64,000 nucleotides of DNA from Acidobacteriota bacterium (GTDB lineage Bacteria; Acidobacteriota; CAIWXX01): contig JBFMAF010000035.1 in assembly GCA_040755995.1 (NCBI GenBank), positions 234,021-298,020 of the forward strand, written 5' to 3'. Shown in pieces: positions 36,391-46,919 of this stretch. Each line of letters opens with the position of its first letter. Positions within the stretch are counted from its first letter, which is position 1. The notes beneath the pieces are model-generated. The model was given only the letters and a program-made list of their open reading frames with translations, made no database searches and had not been told where the DNA came from. The position numbers and the translations under genes are program-made.

Positions 36391-38727
36391 TCAGGATGGC
36401 GGATTGGCGCTGGCCGCGGGCGCGGCGGCCAGCTGCTGCCCTTTCTCGGCGTACTTCCGGGACGAGGCCTGGTCGCCCAGCCGGTTGTAGAGGTCGGCTA
36501 GGAGGAAGTAGCCGAGCGGCAGCTCGGATCGATCGGGCTTGAGGTCGATTCCCTTCTTCACCAGCTCTATGGCCTCCTGGTATCGCTCGCCGCGGTGCAG
36601 ATGAATTCGCGCCAGGTAGAAGTACGTGAGCGGGAACTCCGGGTCCGAGTCCAGGCACTTTTCCAGATACCGGTATTCCTTCGCTTCGTCCCCGGTCTCG
36701 CGGTAGAGCCGAGACAGGTTGTACGTGGCCTTGAAGTGTTTGGGGGAGCATTCGAGCTCCTTCAAGTACTCGGCCTCGGCCTCCCGCAGCTTGCCCTCCT
36801 TCTCGTGCATCTGCGCCCAGTTGTAGTGCAGGTTGGAGAGGCTCGGATTCAGTTGCATGGCCTTGTCGAGATGTTCCCGCGCGCGCGGCAAGTCGTCCTT
36901 TACGATGTAGATCGCCCCGAGCACGTTGTGCGAGGACGCCGACTCAGTGTTGAGCGACAGACATGTCTCGAAGTATGAAATAGCCTTGTCGTACTTCTTC
37001 TGGACGAAGCTCATGTTCCCCAGCATGAAATAGAGCTGCGGCTCGCGAAAGCCCTTGCTGAGGTAATCCAGCACGAACGCCTCGGCTTCGGCGAATTGCC
37101 TCATCCCTTCGTATGCGAGCGCCACGTTGATGGCGGCGAAGGTGTCGTCCGGCTTGCGGCCGAGGACCTGCTTGAAATACTCGATCGCCTCCGTGTACTT
37201 CTGCTGTTGGAAGTAGATGTTCCCGATCGAGAAATAGGCGTCGGTGATCTCGGGATCGGTCGCGATGATCCCCTGGATGATCTTGACAGCCTCATCCGGC
37301 TTGTCGCCCATCCCCACTTCCCGAGCGCGCGAGAGCTCGTTGTAGACCGCAATCTTCTCCTTGGGATTCGCCAGCTTCTTGCCCTCGAGCATCGCCGGGT
37401 CGGAAAACGAGCCGATGTAGCCGAGAGCCGCGAGCTTCTCCCGCGTCTCCTCATCGATCTTCGTGTAGTCGGTTTCGAAGGCGTTCTTGCTCGAGTCACG
37501 AATGAAGGCTTCCGCCTCGCCGTTCAGCTCCTGGTAGACGTCTCGCCGGGACGATATGAGGTTCCTTTCTTCGCGGGGATCCTCGACGACGTCGTAGAGC
37601 TCGGGTTCCGGAGAGAGAATCAGTTTGTACCTTTCGTTCTGGACGCTCTTGAGGTCGGACCAACCGTAGTGGAACCGGGGATAGTAGGTCTCGGAGTAGG
37701 CCAGCGGTGGGTTCTTTCTACTACGGCCGTAGAACGCCGGGAGCAGGCTCTTGCCTTGAACCTGGGCCGGGATGGAAATTCCGGCCATTTCACAGACTGT
37801 CGGCATCAGGTCGGCGAGGCTCACGACCTCGGGCGAGACGACACCCTGGAACCTCTCGAACGGAGTGACGATGATGAGCGGCACCTGGATCGCCCCCTGG
37901 TAGACGAAGAACCCGTGACTGGACTCTTCATGCTCGCCCAGGCTCTCGCCGTGATCCCCGGCGATCAAGAGGAAGGTCCGGTCGAGGAGGTCGTTCCGGT
38001 CGAGGAACTGCCACAGCCTCTCGATCTGGGAGTCTGCAAAGGCGATCTCGCCCAGGTAAGGGTGCTCGACGTACTGCTCTGAAAATGGAGCCGGCGGTTC
38101 GTACGGAGAATGCGGGTCGTACAAATGGACCCAGACGAAGAAATTCCCCAGCCTGTTCTTCTCGAGCCAGGGGATCACTTCGTCGACGACCTCGTTGGCC
38201 GGCCGCTGGACCGTCCCGAGCGAGATTCGTTTGAACTTGCTGAGATCGAATCGGTCGAAGTAGGTATCGAAGCCCTGGTTCAGTCCCCACTTGGAGTCGA
38301 GCACGTAGGCGGCGACGAACGCGCCTGTCTCGTATCCCCTGCGCTTGAAGAGCTCGGCCATCGTCTCGATCCCCTCCGGGACGATGAACCCGCCGTTGTC
38401 GCGCACCCCGTGGAAGAGCGGCAAGGTGCCGGTCATGATGGTTGTGTGCGACGGCAGCGTGAGTGGGGTCTGCGCGAAGCACTTCTCGAACCTAACGCCG
38501 CGCGCGGCGAGGCGGTCGATCGCCGGCGTCTCGACCCGCGTGCATCCGTAGCAGGCCAGGCGATCGGCCCGCGTCGTGTCGAGAGTGATCAGGATCAGGT
38601 TGAAGTCGCGGCCGCCCCTGAGCCGGGCGAAGTCCGGCTCACGAAGGAAGAGCCTGTATGCCGCGCCAAGAATGGCAGCCGCTGCGATAAAAACGACGAA
38701 CGCGATCGCCCACCGGCGTCTTCTCAT
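36391..38727 (-). CDS. Sulfatase/alkaline-phosphatase-superfamily hydrolase with C-terminal TPRs
   Basis: N-terminal TM helix; ITLDTTRAD, TLPSHTTIMTG, HLYDPH, GDHGE; several TPR repeats. Confidence 0.87.
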   Translation of the reverse strand: MRRRRWAIAFVVFIAAAAILGAAYRLFLREPDFARLRGGRDFNLILITLDTTRADRLACYGCTRVETPAIDRLAARGVRFEKCFAQTPLTLPSHTTIMTGTLPLFHGVRDNGGFIVPEGIETMAELFKRRGYETGAFVAAYVLDSKWGLNQGFDTYFDRFDLSKFKRISLGTVQRPANEVVDEVIPWLEKNRLGNFFVWVHLYDPHSPYEPPAPFSEQYVEHPYLGEIAFADSQIERLWQFLDRNDLLDRTFLLIAGDHGESLGEHEESSHGFFVYQGAIQVPLIIVTPFERFQGVVSPEVVSLADLMPTVCEMAGISIPAQVQGKSLLPAFYGRSRKNPPLAYSETYYPRFHYGWSDLKSVQNERYKLILSPEPELYDVVEDPREERNLISSRRDVYQELNGEAEAFIRDSSKNAFETDYTKIDEETREKLAALGYIGSFSDPAMLEGKKLANPKEKIAVYNELSRAREVGMGDKPDEAVKIIQGIIATDPEITDAYFSIGNIYFQQQKYTEAIEYFKQVLGRKPDDTFAAINVALAYEGMRQFAEAEAFVLDYLSKGFREPQLYFMLGNMSFVQKKYDKAISYFETCLSLNTESASSHNVLGAIYIVKDDLPRAREHLDKAMQLNPSLSNLHYNWAQMHEKEGKLREAEAEYLKELECSPKHFKATYNLSRLYRETGDEAKEYRYLEKCLDSDPEFPLTYFYLARIHLHRGERYQEAIELVKKGIDLKPDRSELPLGYFLLADLYNRLGDQASSRKYAEKGQQLAAAPAASANPPS

Positions 38728-38951
38728 GACGCCGCCATCTTAGCCCACTACACGTCCCAATGACACGGGCCGTGAATCAGTGACCGCGGGACATACTCGT
38801 CGCGGCCCGGATGGGGCGCGCAGACGCGGTGAGTGGAGAGCTACCGGTTCGAATCACCGCGTCTCCGTGTCACCGCGTCCGCGTCAGGACGGACTTAGAC
38901 TAACTTGTCAGCATATCCCCCGGTCCCGAGGCCGAATCCTCCGATACGTCC

Positions 38952-40205
38952 TCAGAACTTGTAGCCGAAGCTCAGGTTGAAGAGGTGCGCGGTAGTGGAG
39001 TAGGTGCCGCCGAGCAGCTCCGGCATGTGCAGGTTCTCGCTCTTCCTGTCGCCGAACATGACGAGCAGGTAGGCGAAGTCGAACGTGGCCTTTCCTTTGG
39101 TGAAGCCGACGCCGAGGGCAACGTCGTGGCGATTGGCATCGGGCAAGGTTGGGTCGAGGGTTTCGTCCGGAACCGGACTCGGATCGTAAATGTATCCGCC
39201 TCTAAGCGCGACAGCCTCACTGAGCTTGTACTCGGTGCCGATTCGCCACAGCCAGGAATCGTCGTAGTCCTGCGGCATGGCCGTGTTGTAAGGAACTGAG
39301 GGATTCCCGGGCGCCTTGTCGATGTGCAGCGGGATCTCCTTTGCGCCTGACCAGCCGTACCAATCGATATCCGTTTCGAGGGTGAACTTCTCGGCCGGCT
39401 TGAAGGCCACGCCGATCGTCAGGAACTTCGGCATGTGGATCTCTGCGGAGCCCGAGCTGTCCACGAACAGCGGCTTGACCGCAGGGTTGGGCACGGTGTA
39501 GGTCGCATCGCCGTCATATTCGATGTCGGCGCTATGGCGGTAGGTGACTGCGAAGCTCGCCTTGTCGCCCGCCTTGGCGAGGAAACCGAAGTTGAACGAC
39601 GCTGCGCTGCCGTCTCCCGTCATCTCGAAGCCGGCATCCCCGAGGTACCCGTAGATCGGGTGGACGACCGGGATCTTCTGCGTGAGTTCCACCGATGAGA
39701 GGATGTAATCAAACCCTACGCCCAGCGACATGTTCGGAGTCAGCTCGAACGCGACCACAGGGTTGAGATAGAACGTCTTGAGATCGGTCTTGATCGCCCT
39801 GTACCTGCCCCTCCACTCCGCCGGCCACTCGGTGCCGAGGCCGAATGGCGTGAAGAAGCCGAAACCGGCCGTGATCTTCTCGTGAACGGGATATGTCACG
39901 TAGAAGTGCGATGGGTAGTAGAGTTGTGATTCCTGGTCGGTGACCGTGCCAGTCGCCGTGGTGTAACTGCCGCTTGGCTTGATCAGGGCCGTCCCCAGCC
40001 CGAGCTCCAGGCCTTCGCTGCCGACGATTCCGGCAGGATTGTAGAAGACGGCGAAGGCACCTTTGGCGCTTGCGGTCCATGCCCCTGCCATGCCCACGGC
40101 CACTGCACCGTGCTCATAGATCTCGTAGCCACCGGCGAAAACCGCACTGCAACTAAACAACGAGAACAGAACCCCCAGGACTGTAATAATAGTAACCCGC
40201 TTCAT
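38952..40205 (-). CDS. FadL/OmpP1-family outer-membrane channel
   Basis: AAGGAGG RBS; signal peptide; GMAGA, FYNPAG, TPFGLGTEW, PDANRH; terminal YKF. Confidence 0.9.
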   Translation of the reverse strand: MKRVTIITVLGVLFSLFSCSAVFAGGYEIYEHGAVAVGMAGAWTASAKGAFAVFYNPAGIVGSEGLELGLGTALIKPSGSYTTATGTVTDQESQLYYPSHFYVTYPVHEKITAGFGFFTPFGLGTEWPAEWRGRYRAIKTDLKTFYLNPVVAFELTPNMSLGVGFDYILSSVELTQKIPVVHPIYGYLGDAGFEMTGDGSAASFNFGFLAKAGDKASFAVTYRHSADIEYDGDATYTVPNPAVKPLFVDSSGSAEIHMPKFLTIGVAFKPAEKFTLETDIDWYGWSGAKEIPLHIDKAPGNPSVPYNTAMPQDYDDSWLWRIGTEYKLSEAVALRGGYIYDPSPVPDETLDPTLPDANRHDVALGVGFTKGKATFDFAYLLVMFGDRKSENLHMPELLGGTYSTTAHLFNLSFGYKF

Positions 40206-40270
40206 CTTGCCTCCTTGTGCTGCGAGTTTGCGTTTCATTCCCTACTGCAGGAAAAGCATCAATATGCCAG

Positions 40271-43066
40271 TTAGAACGTAAGCCGCACGCCGACTCTGAC
40301 GCGCCTGGGCAGGACCAGCCCGTACAGGTCGTGGCCCTGGGTCGATGGAGCGTATGCCGGGTCGGTGCTCCAATCGTAGCCGATGCGCGTGCCCCAGCTG
40401 GTGATGGTGTCGTCGTTGAACACGTTGAAGACGTCCAACATCAGTCCCAGCTGGTAGTTGGAAGCCAGCGCGAATTTCTTCTCCAAACGGATATCGAGCG
40501 CGCTGGCGATGGGGTAGTGGTGCGAGCCCGCCGGCTCTGTGTTGAATGTGATTCGGCCCTGGTCGAAGTCCTTGCTCCCGGTCCTGTACCTCTGGGCCCA
40601 GGCATTCCCGGTGATCGCGTGAAAATAGGCGTTGAAGAAGATGTTGTACGGGAGGACGTAGGTTCCCTGGAGCTTCAGCATGTGCGTCGGGTCGTTCGTC
40701 ACGTGACCGTCGGCGTTGACCCAGAAGTTCGGGTCGTAGGTCGCCCGCCCCCACCCTATGTCCTCGTACGTGGAATTGTTGATCGTGCCCTTGGCCTGCG
40801 AGTAGACGTACGATGCGATGAGCTGCCACTTGTCGGAGAACCGCTTGTTGAAGAGGAACTCGATGCCCCAGTAGTTGCGGTAAGGGTTGGTAGAGGTGCC
40901 CGTGACATTCTTGTACAGGTCACGGATCTTGTCCAGGTTCGTGATGTGCCACTCCGCCGCGTCCCCCGATGTGAGGTTGTAAAGCGTGTACCACCTGCCC
41001 AGCTCTTCGACGTAGTAGGGAACGGCCTCGTAGGTGGCCAACGAGTTATATGGCCCGATGAAGTTGTGATAGCTGCGGTTGATGTAGGTGACCGAGAATG
41101 AGGCATCTTTGAGAACCTCTCTCTCGATACCTGCTGTGAACTGCCTCATGAACGGATGCTCGATGCCTTCGTCAACTACCCATTGTCCGTGCCTGACCCG
41201 ATGGTCTTCGTACCAGTACTGGCCGCCGGAGTCCCAGTAGTACTGAACCCAATCAGAAAACGTGGGACTCAGCCTGTCCAAGATCGCGGAGTACATGCCA
41301 TCGGTGAACTCCCCGTAGTGGGCCTTGAACACGGTGGAGCTGTCTCCGAGGAGGTCGAGCGTGAATCCGAGGCGAGGCGCAACGCGGAACGCGCTGTACT
41401 GGTTTCCAGAGAGCTCCGCCACTCTGCCCCAGTTCTGGCTAAGACGCAGCCCGACGTTGACATTCATGCGGTTTGTGATCTCCCACGAGTCCTGCGCAAA
41501 CGTCTCCAGCCGTGTGATGTGCGTCCGGGCGTTGTAGCCCTCATACTGGTACGCGCTGTAGTTGCCGTTGTATCCGTATCCCCAATAGTCGTAGTAGCGC
41601 CAGTGGTTCTCACCGGTGTACGAGAAGAGGTTCCTCACCCGGGAGTGCTCGAACTCCACGCCGAACTTGAAGTCGTGCTTCCCCTTGATAAACTCGTCCG
41701 CGTAGTGCGTCATGCTGGCATTGGCCTGGACCCTCGACCTCGGGTGCTCTTCGTATGCCCCATAGTTGTAGTACGTCCATCTCGCCTGGTCACCCGGAAT
41801 GTCCGGATTGTCATTGATGAAGTAGTGCATGTTGACGTTCCGGCCGGTCCGCGGCTCGAGATTGTAGTAGCCGTTGAAATAGGCAGCCTTGAAGTCTATG
41901 AGAGTCTTGGAGCTCAAGAGGTGCGTGAGGTTGCCGTTGAGCACGATCTCCGGGTCGATCTGGTCGACAGTCGCGTCAGGCATCACCGTGGCCTCAGCGC
42001 CGCGGTACGTGCCGTCGTAGTCGTCGTATTCGACGGCCCCGCTGAGGTTCGTATCAGGCGTGAGCTGAGACGTCAGCTTCAGGTAGAACCTCGGCTGCTT
42101 GTAGTCCTGTGGGTACGGGAAGCCCGTGACCCAGTCCTTGGAACGATACCACTGCGTCCCTCCGAAGAACCAGAGCTTGTCCTGGATGATCGGCCCCCCG
42201 AGATGGGCGTTGGCGTCGAGAATGCTCTCGAGCGGGGACGTGATGTTCGGCCAATCCTCGACATACGCGGAGTTGTTCTCGGCGCCCCATAACCCCGCTG
42301 GCCAGGTCCCATCCAGGTCCTTCCGCTCCGGGTGCCCCTGGAAGTCCACTTCGAAATGACCGGAAAACTGGTTGCCGCCAGACTTGGTCACGATATTGAA
42401 AATGACGCCCGTGAAGTTCCCGTACTCGGCCGGCAAGCCGATACCCATGACCTTCGCTTCCTCGATGATGTTGTAATCGACAAAAACCCACGCCGTGCCG
42501 CCATCGGGATCGCCTACGCCGACGCCGTCGAGCTGATACGAGATGCCGCGGCCGTCTCCGGCGCCGTAAGCAACATCCCTGGTGACGCCCGGGGCGAGGT
42601 TGACAACATCCGTTGAGAACTGTGTGTTCGGGATGTTGCGCAGGATTTCGTCGGAGAGCGTGACGGAAGCCGTCTCTGAGGACCTGACGTCCACGGTCGG
42701 AGCCTCCGCGACGACCGTGACCTGCTCGGAGATGGCCGCCGGTTTCATCGTGATGTCGACGCTCAATGTCGTCGTCGTGGAGACGCGCATGTTCTCCTGA
42801 ACGACCGTCCCCCAATCAGAGAGCTCGGCCTTGAGCTTGTAGTCACCCGGCGGGAGAGCGGGGAAACGGAACTCGCCCGAGAGATCCGTGACCGTGGACC
42901 GGGCGCCCATCAGGCTCGGGCTGGTCAGGGTCACGCTGACCCCGGGTATGGCTGCATCCTGCTCGTCTACCACGCGGCCGCGGATTGCACCGGTCTCGCG
43001 TGACTGGGAATAGCAAAGCATCTCCCCGGCGAGCACTACAAGAACAGCGACCAGAGACTTCTTCAT
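40271..43066 (-). CDS. TonB-dependent receptor with a carboxypeptidase-regulatory-like N-domain
   Basis: GGAGG RBS; GAIRGRVVD..IPGVSV, PAEYG..TKSGGN, GGPIIQDKLWFF, DVFNVFN; terminal Phe. Confidence 0.9.
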   Translation of the reverse strand: MKKSLVAVLVVLAGEMLCYSQSRETGAIRGRVVDEQDAAIPGVSVTLTSPSLMGARSTVTDLSGEFRFPALPPGDYKLKAELSDWGTVVQENMRVSTTTTLSVDITMKPAAISEQVTVVAEAPTVDVRSSETASVTLSDEILRNIPNTQFSTDVVNLAPGVTRDVAYGAGDGRGISYQLDGVGVGDPDGGTAWVFVDYNIIEEAKVMGIGLPAEYGNFTGVIFNIVTKSGGNQFSGHFEVDFQGHPERKDLDGTWPAGLWGAENNSAYVEDWPNITSPLESILDANAHLGGPIIQDKLWFFGGTQWYRSKDWVTGFPYPQDYKQPRFYLKLTSQLTPDTNLSGAVEYDDYDGTYRGAEATVMPDATVDQIDPEIVLNGNLTHLLSSKTLIDFKAAYFNGYYNLEPRTGRNVNMHYFINDNPDIPGDQARWTYYNYGAYEEHPRSRVQANASMTHYADEFIKGKHDFKFGVEFEHSRVRNLFSYTGENHWRYYDYWGYGYNGNYSAYQYEGYNARTHITRLETFAQDSWEITNRMNVNVGLRLSQNWGRVAELSGNQYSAFRVAPRLGFTLDLLGDSSTVFKAHYGEFTDGMYSAILDRLSPTFSDWVQYYWDSGGQYWYEDHRVRHGQWVVDEGIEHPFMRQFTAGIEREVLKDASFSVTYINRSYHNFIGPYNSLATYEAVPYYVEELGRWYTLYNLTSGDAAEWHITNLDKIRDLYKNVTGTSTNPYRNYWGIEFLFNKRFSDKWQLIASYVYSQAKGTINNSTYEDIGWGRATYDPNFWVNADGHVTNDPTHMLKLQGTYVLPYNIFFNAYFHAITGNAWAQRYRTGSKDFDQGRITFNTEPAGSHHYPIASALDIRLEKKFALASNYQLGLMLDVFNVFNDDTITSWGTRIGYDWSTDPAYAPSTQGHDLYGLVLPRRVRVGVRLTF

Positions 43067-43208
43067 GATGGCCTCCAAAGGGCGTTCGCCATGGACATCA
43101 GGGCCGACTGGGACAGCTGCGGGGTCTGGGAGGCCGACGGGCTGGAGGCGAAAGAGCCTGAGGCCCAAGCGAGCCTGCTGCCAGAGGTGCCCGACATAGA
43201 ATGGCCCC

Positions 43209-43237
43209 AATATAGAGAGGCTGCGTGCGCCTGTCAA
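43209..43237 (-). promoter_or_regulatory. Sigma-70 promoter of the TonB receptor/FadL pair
   Basis: TTGACA-N17-TATATT. Confidence 0.7.
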
Positions 43238-43295
43238 GGAGAATTACACGATCACCGCCCCCGCATCACACTCTCTCTACACGATGCGCGGCGGG

Positions 43296-43339
43296 AGCGG
43301 CCTCGCGTGCTTCATCCGTCTGAGGCCCCGCCTCGCCAG
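43296..43339. repeat. Dispersed ~44-bp intergenic repeat, copy A
   Basis: 39/44 identical to the reverse complement of 60284-60327. Confidence 0.75.
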
Positions 43340-43353
43340 CCCTCGGTCTCGGC

Positions 43354-44748
43354 CTACGCAATCCTCCGGCGGTCCAGCGCCGTAACCGCGAAGAAGGCAA
43401 CCAGGCTGATGAGCCAGGTGAAGTAGATCGGATGAGGGAGGAAATGCCAGCTTGCAGGCGCCGCGAGCCAGCCCGCTAGCGAGAGATACGTGGCGACCAT
43501 CGTCCAGGTCGCCGACGATTGACGGCACACTGCCGGCCAGAACATCGTCATCAGCACGACCAGAGTGAAGGCGGTGGTGAGCGTCAAGCCGATCAGCAGC
43601 ATCTTGAGGATTCCGCTCACGAAGAGAGCGAGCAGGTAGGTCACAACACTCAGGGCCAGCACGGTCAAGCGGCAGACAGCACGCCCGTGCACGTCCCCCA
43701 AGCCAGGCCTGATGAAACGCTTCACAATGTCGTTCAGGACCAGGCTCGCGCTCCCCATCAGCAGCGCGGAGGCCGTACTGACGTCGGCGGCCCACAGTCC
43801 CGAGAGCACAAGGCCTGCGGCCAGCGGCGGCAGGTCGAGCACGGCGCGCGGAAGCGCTTCGGCTGCCACGATGCTCGGATGCAACACCGCAGCAGCCATG
43901 CCGATGATCGCGCAGAGGAAGCCGACGGGGAAGATGAGGAGCCCTCCGAGCAGAAACCCCCACCGTGCGCTGCGGTCGTCCTTCGACGCGAAGCTGATCT
44001 GGACGACGGCCTGGGTCGACTGGGCGGTCGTGATCATGACCATGAACCAGCCTGCGATAAGCCCCGCACCCACGGCCCAGAGATCGAACCCCGGGTGCCC
44101 CGCCGGAAGTTGCCGCAAGAGCCCCGCGAATCCCCCGATCCGTCCAACTGTCAAGACGACCCCCGCGACGATCCCGACATAGATGACGGCCACGTTCAGC
44201 ACGTTCGTAAGACCGGTCGCCCACAATCCGCCGATCAGCGTGATGCCGATGAAGACGACCGCCGTCACCACCATACCGCTCCTGAACGTGAACACGCCCG
44301 GCATGAGAGATGACAGGATGGCACCGCCCGCTACGTATTGCAGCGACGTTACGACGACCTGAATGGCGAGCTGGCCGAGTACGGCCAGCACGCGGGCGGC
44401 CGTGCCATAGTGGCGATCGAAGAACTCCGGCAGTGTGGTCAGCTCGAGCCGCCGGTAGCGCCCGGCCGTGAGCAGTCCCATCACGAAAGCGCCGGCGGCC
44501 CAGGCCGCGTTGTACCAACCAGCGGAGAAGCCTGACTTGTACGCGGCCTCGGCAACCCCGATCGTCGATGCGCCTCCGACGGCGAGCCCTGCGAGCGCCG
44601 CCGCCGTCACCCAGTACGGCAGCTGCCTCCCGGCCAGCAGGTACCCGACGATCCCGCCGGACGCGGCCAGGCGTTGCGACCACCAGGTGACTGCGAACAG
44701 CGCCACCACATAGCACGCGACGACGGCGAGCGGCACCCAGTGCGTCAT
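43354..44748 (-). CDS. Sodium:solute symporter (SSS family)
   Basis: YLLAGRQL, GGASTIG, TLPEFFDRHYG, GGLWA, AADVSTAS; about 13 TM segments. Confidence 0.9.
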   Translation of the reverse strand: MTHWVPLAVVACYVVALFAVTWWSQRLAASGGIVGYLLAGRQLPYWVTAAALAGLAVGGASTIGVAEAAYKSGFSAGWYNAAWAAGAFVMGLLTAGRYRRLELTTLPEFFDRHYGTAARVLAVLGQLAIQVVVTSLQYVAGGAILSSLMPGVFTFRSGMVVTAVVFIGITLIGGLWATGLTNVLNVAVIYVGIVAGVVLTVGRIGGFAGLLRQLPAGHPGFDLWAVGAGLIAGWFMVMITTAQSTQAVVQISFASKDDRSARWGFLLGGLLIFPVGFLCAIIGMAAAVLHPSIVAAEALPRAVLDLPPLAAGLVLSGLWAADVSTASALLMGSASLVLNDIVKRFIRPGLGDVHGRAVCRLTVLALSVVTYLLALFVSGILKMLLIGLTLTTAFTLVVLMTMFWPAVCRQSSATWTMVATYLSLAGWLAAPASWHFLPHPIYFTWLISLVAFFAVTALDRRRIA

Positions 44749-44840
44749 TGCCTATGCCGGCGAAGTCGACTTCGCGTCCGTGAACGTGGACGTGACCGGG
44801 ACCTTGTGGGCCGCACCGCTCAAGCAGGCCGTGTGAGCGG

Positions 44841-46919
44841 CTACTGCACCTTCACCCGCACGTCCACCGCCACGGGGGCCGCGGGGGCCGGGTAGGCGAA
44901 GACCGGGTTCACGTCCATCTCTACGATGTCGCGGAAATCGGCGACGAGGCGCGAGACTCTCACGAGCGTCTCCTCCAGAGCCCCCAGGTCGACGCCGGCC
45001 TGGCCGCGGACGCCTTCCAGCAGCGGGAAGGCCTTGATGTCGCGCATCGCCTGCCTCGCCTCGATACGCGTCATCGGCGCCACGCAGAAGGTGACGTCCT
45101 TCATCACTTCGACGAAAAGGCCACCGAGACCGAACATGATGAGCGAGCCCAGGCCCGGAGCGGCCGATGCGCCGATGATGAGCTCGCGTCCCGCCTGCTT
45201 CTGCTCCTGCAGAATGTACGCCGCGCCTCGGCCCTTGAAACGGCGCTGCATTTCGCCGAAAGCCGACGCCAGCTCCGGGGCGCTCCCGATGCCCAGGACG
45301 ACCCCGCCCTCGTCGGTCTTGTGTACTACGTCTGTAGAATCTACCTTCAGCACGCACGGGAAGCCCACTCGCCCAGCCGCGGCCTCAAGCTCGTCCTCCC
45401 GGGCGATCACCGCCATCCGGGGAACGCCGATCCCGTAAGCGGAAAGCAGGCTGAAGGCGTCGAGCTGGCTGAGGTAGGCGCCCTTGCCGCGGTACCGCCC
45501 AACGATCGCCTCGGCCGCCGCCCGGTCGACAGCCATCTCCTCCGGCGCCTCCACATTGCGGTCGCGGTAAGCGCCGTAGCGGGCCATGGCGGCCAGCGCA
45601 CGGGCTCCGTCTTCTGCGAACTCGTAAACCGGGACTCCGGTCGAGCGCAGCTGGGTGATGATTCCAGCCCATTTCTCGAAAGTCTCCACGACCACCACGA
45701 CGGGCTTCGCCGCCCCTTCCGTGGCTTCCTTGATCCTCCTGGCGATGGCTTCCAGGTCGACGAACGGAGCCGTCACGAAGAACACCAGCACCATGTCGAC
45801 TCCGTCCTCCTTGAGGAGCGTGTCGACGGCGGAGTAGAAGTGGTCCGCGCCCGCTGTCGCCACCACGTCGACGGGGTTGCCGAGGCTGGCCTCGGCGTAC
45901 AGGCTCTCCTTCAGGCGCTGCCGGCCGGCCTCGGACCATTTCGCCAGAACCAGGCCGTTGTCGACAGACTCGTCGACCGCCTGTATTCCGGGGCCTCCGG
46001 TGTTGGTGATGATCCCGATCCTGCGACCCTTCGGCACCGGCTGGCACGAAAGCGCGATGGCGGCCTTGATCATCTCGTCGCTGTCGTGGAGCTCGACGAC
46101 ACCGGCCTTCTTGAACATCGCGGTGGCCATTGCAGCCTGGTCGACGAGCGTGCCCGTGTGCGACGAGACAGCGACGGTGCCCTCGCGGGTCCGCCCCGCC
46201 TTGATCGCCAGTATGGGCTTGCGCGGCGTGATCGCGCTGGCGACGCGCAGGAAGGCCGCCGGGTCCTTGAAGCTCTCTATCTGCATCATGATCGCGACCG
46301 TGCCATCGTCCTGGCCGTAGTACTCGAGCAGCTCCGGCATCGTCAGATCGCACTCGTTGCCGTACGAGCAGTACAGGCGGTGGCCCAGGCCCACCTTGTG
46401 CAAATGGAGCTTGAGGAGCTCGCCCATGCCGCCGCCCTGGGCGATGATCGAAATGTTGCCCGGTTTCATCGGCACGAACGTGAAGTTCGCGTAAGCGGAA
46501 ACCTCAGGATCCGAGTTCTGCACGCCTTGCGAATTCGGCCCAAAGATGCGTATGCCGTGCTTGTGGGCGAGCGCGACCATCTCGCGTTCGCGCTTGATCC
46601 CCTCCTCGCCCACCTCCTTGAATCCCGCCGTGTGCACTATCGCAAACTTGACCCCCTTCTTGCCGCACTCCTCGATCACACCGGGCACCAGCTTGTAGTT
46701 GACCGAGATGTTGACGAGATCGATCTCGTCCGGAACGTCGAGAACCGACTTGAAGCACCTGTACGTGGCGATGTGCCGGTCCTTGGGATTGATCGGGTAG
46801 ATCGGCCCCTTGAAGCCGTGCGCAGCCAGGTTGCGGATAACGATGTGACCGATCGAGAACGGATTGTTCGACGCGCCGATGACGGCGATCGAGCGCGGCT
46901 TGAAGAGCCCGTCAAGCAT
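44841..46919 (-). CDS. ADP-forming acyl-CoA synthetase (fused alpha-beta, AcdAB type)
   Basis: PRSIAVIGAS, GPNSQG, SSHTG phospho-His motif, NPVD; ATP-grasp HKTDEGGV...MDVNP. Confidence 0.9.
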   Translation of the reverse strand: MLDGLFKPRSIAVIGASNNPFSIGHIVIRNLAAHGFKGPIYPINPKDRHIATYRCFKSVLDVPDEIDLVNISVNYKLVPGVIEECGKKGVKFAIVHTAGFKEVGEEGIKREREMVALAHKHGIRIFGPNSQGVQNSDPEVSAYANFTFVPMKPGNISIIAQGGGMGELLKLHLHKVGLGHRLYCSYGNECDLTMPELLEYYGQDDGTVAIMMQIESFKDPAAFLRVASAITPRKPILAIKAGRTREGTVAVSSHTGTLVDQAAMATAMFKKAGVVELHDSDEMIKAAIALSCQPVPKGRRIGIITNTGGPGIQAVDESVDNGLVLAKWSEAGRQRLKESLYAEASLGNPVDVVATAGADHFYSAVDTLLKEDGVDMVLVFFVTAPFVDLEAIARRIKEATEGAAKPVVVVVETFEKWAGIITQLRSTGVPVYEFAEDGARALAAMARYGAYRDRNVEAPEEMAVDRAAAEAIVGRYRGKGAYLSQLDAFSLLSAYGIGVPRMAVIAREDELEAAAGRVGFPCVLKVDSTDVVHKTDEGGVVLGIGSAPELASAFGEMQRRFKGRGAAYILQEQKQAGRELIIGASAAPGLGSLIMFGLGGLFVEVMKDVTFCVAPMTRIEARQAMRDIKAFPLLEGVRGQAGVDLGALEETLVRVSRLVADFRDIVEMDVNPVFAYPAPAAPVAVDVRVKVQ

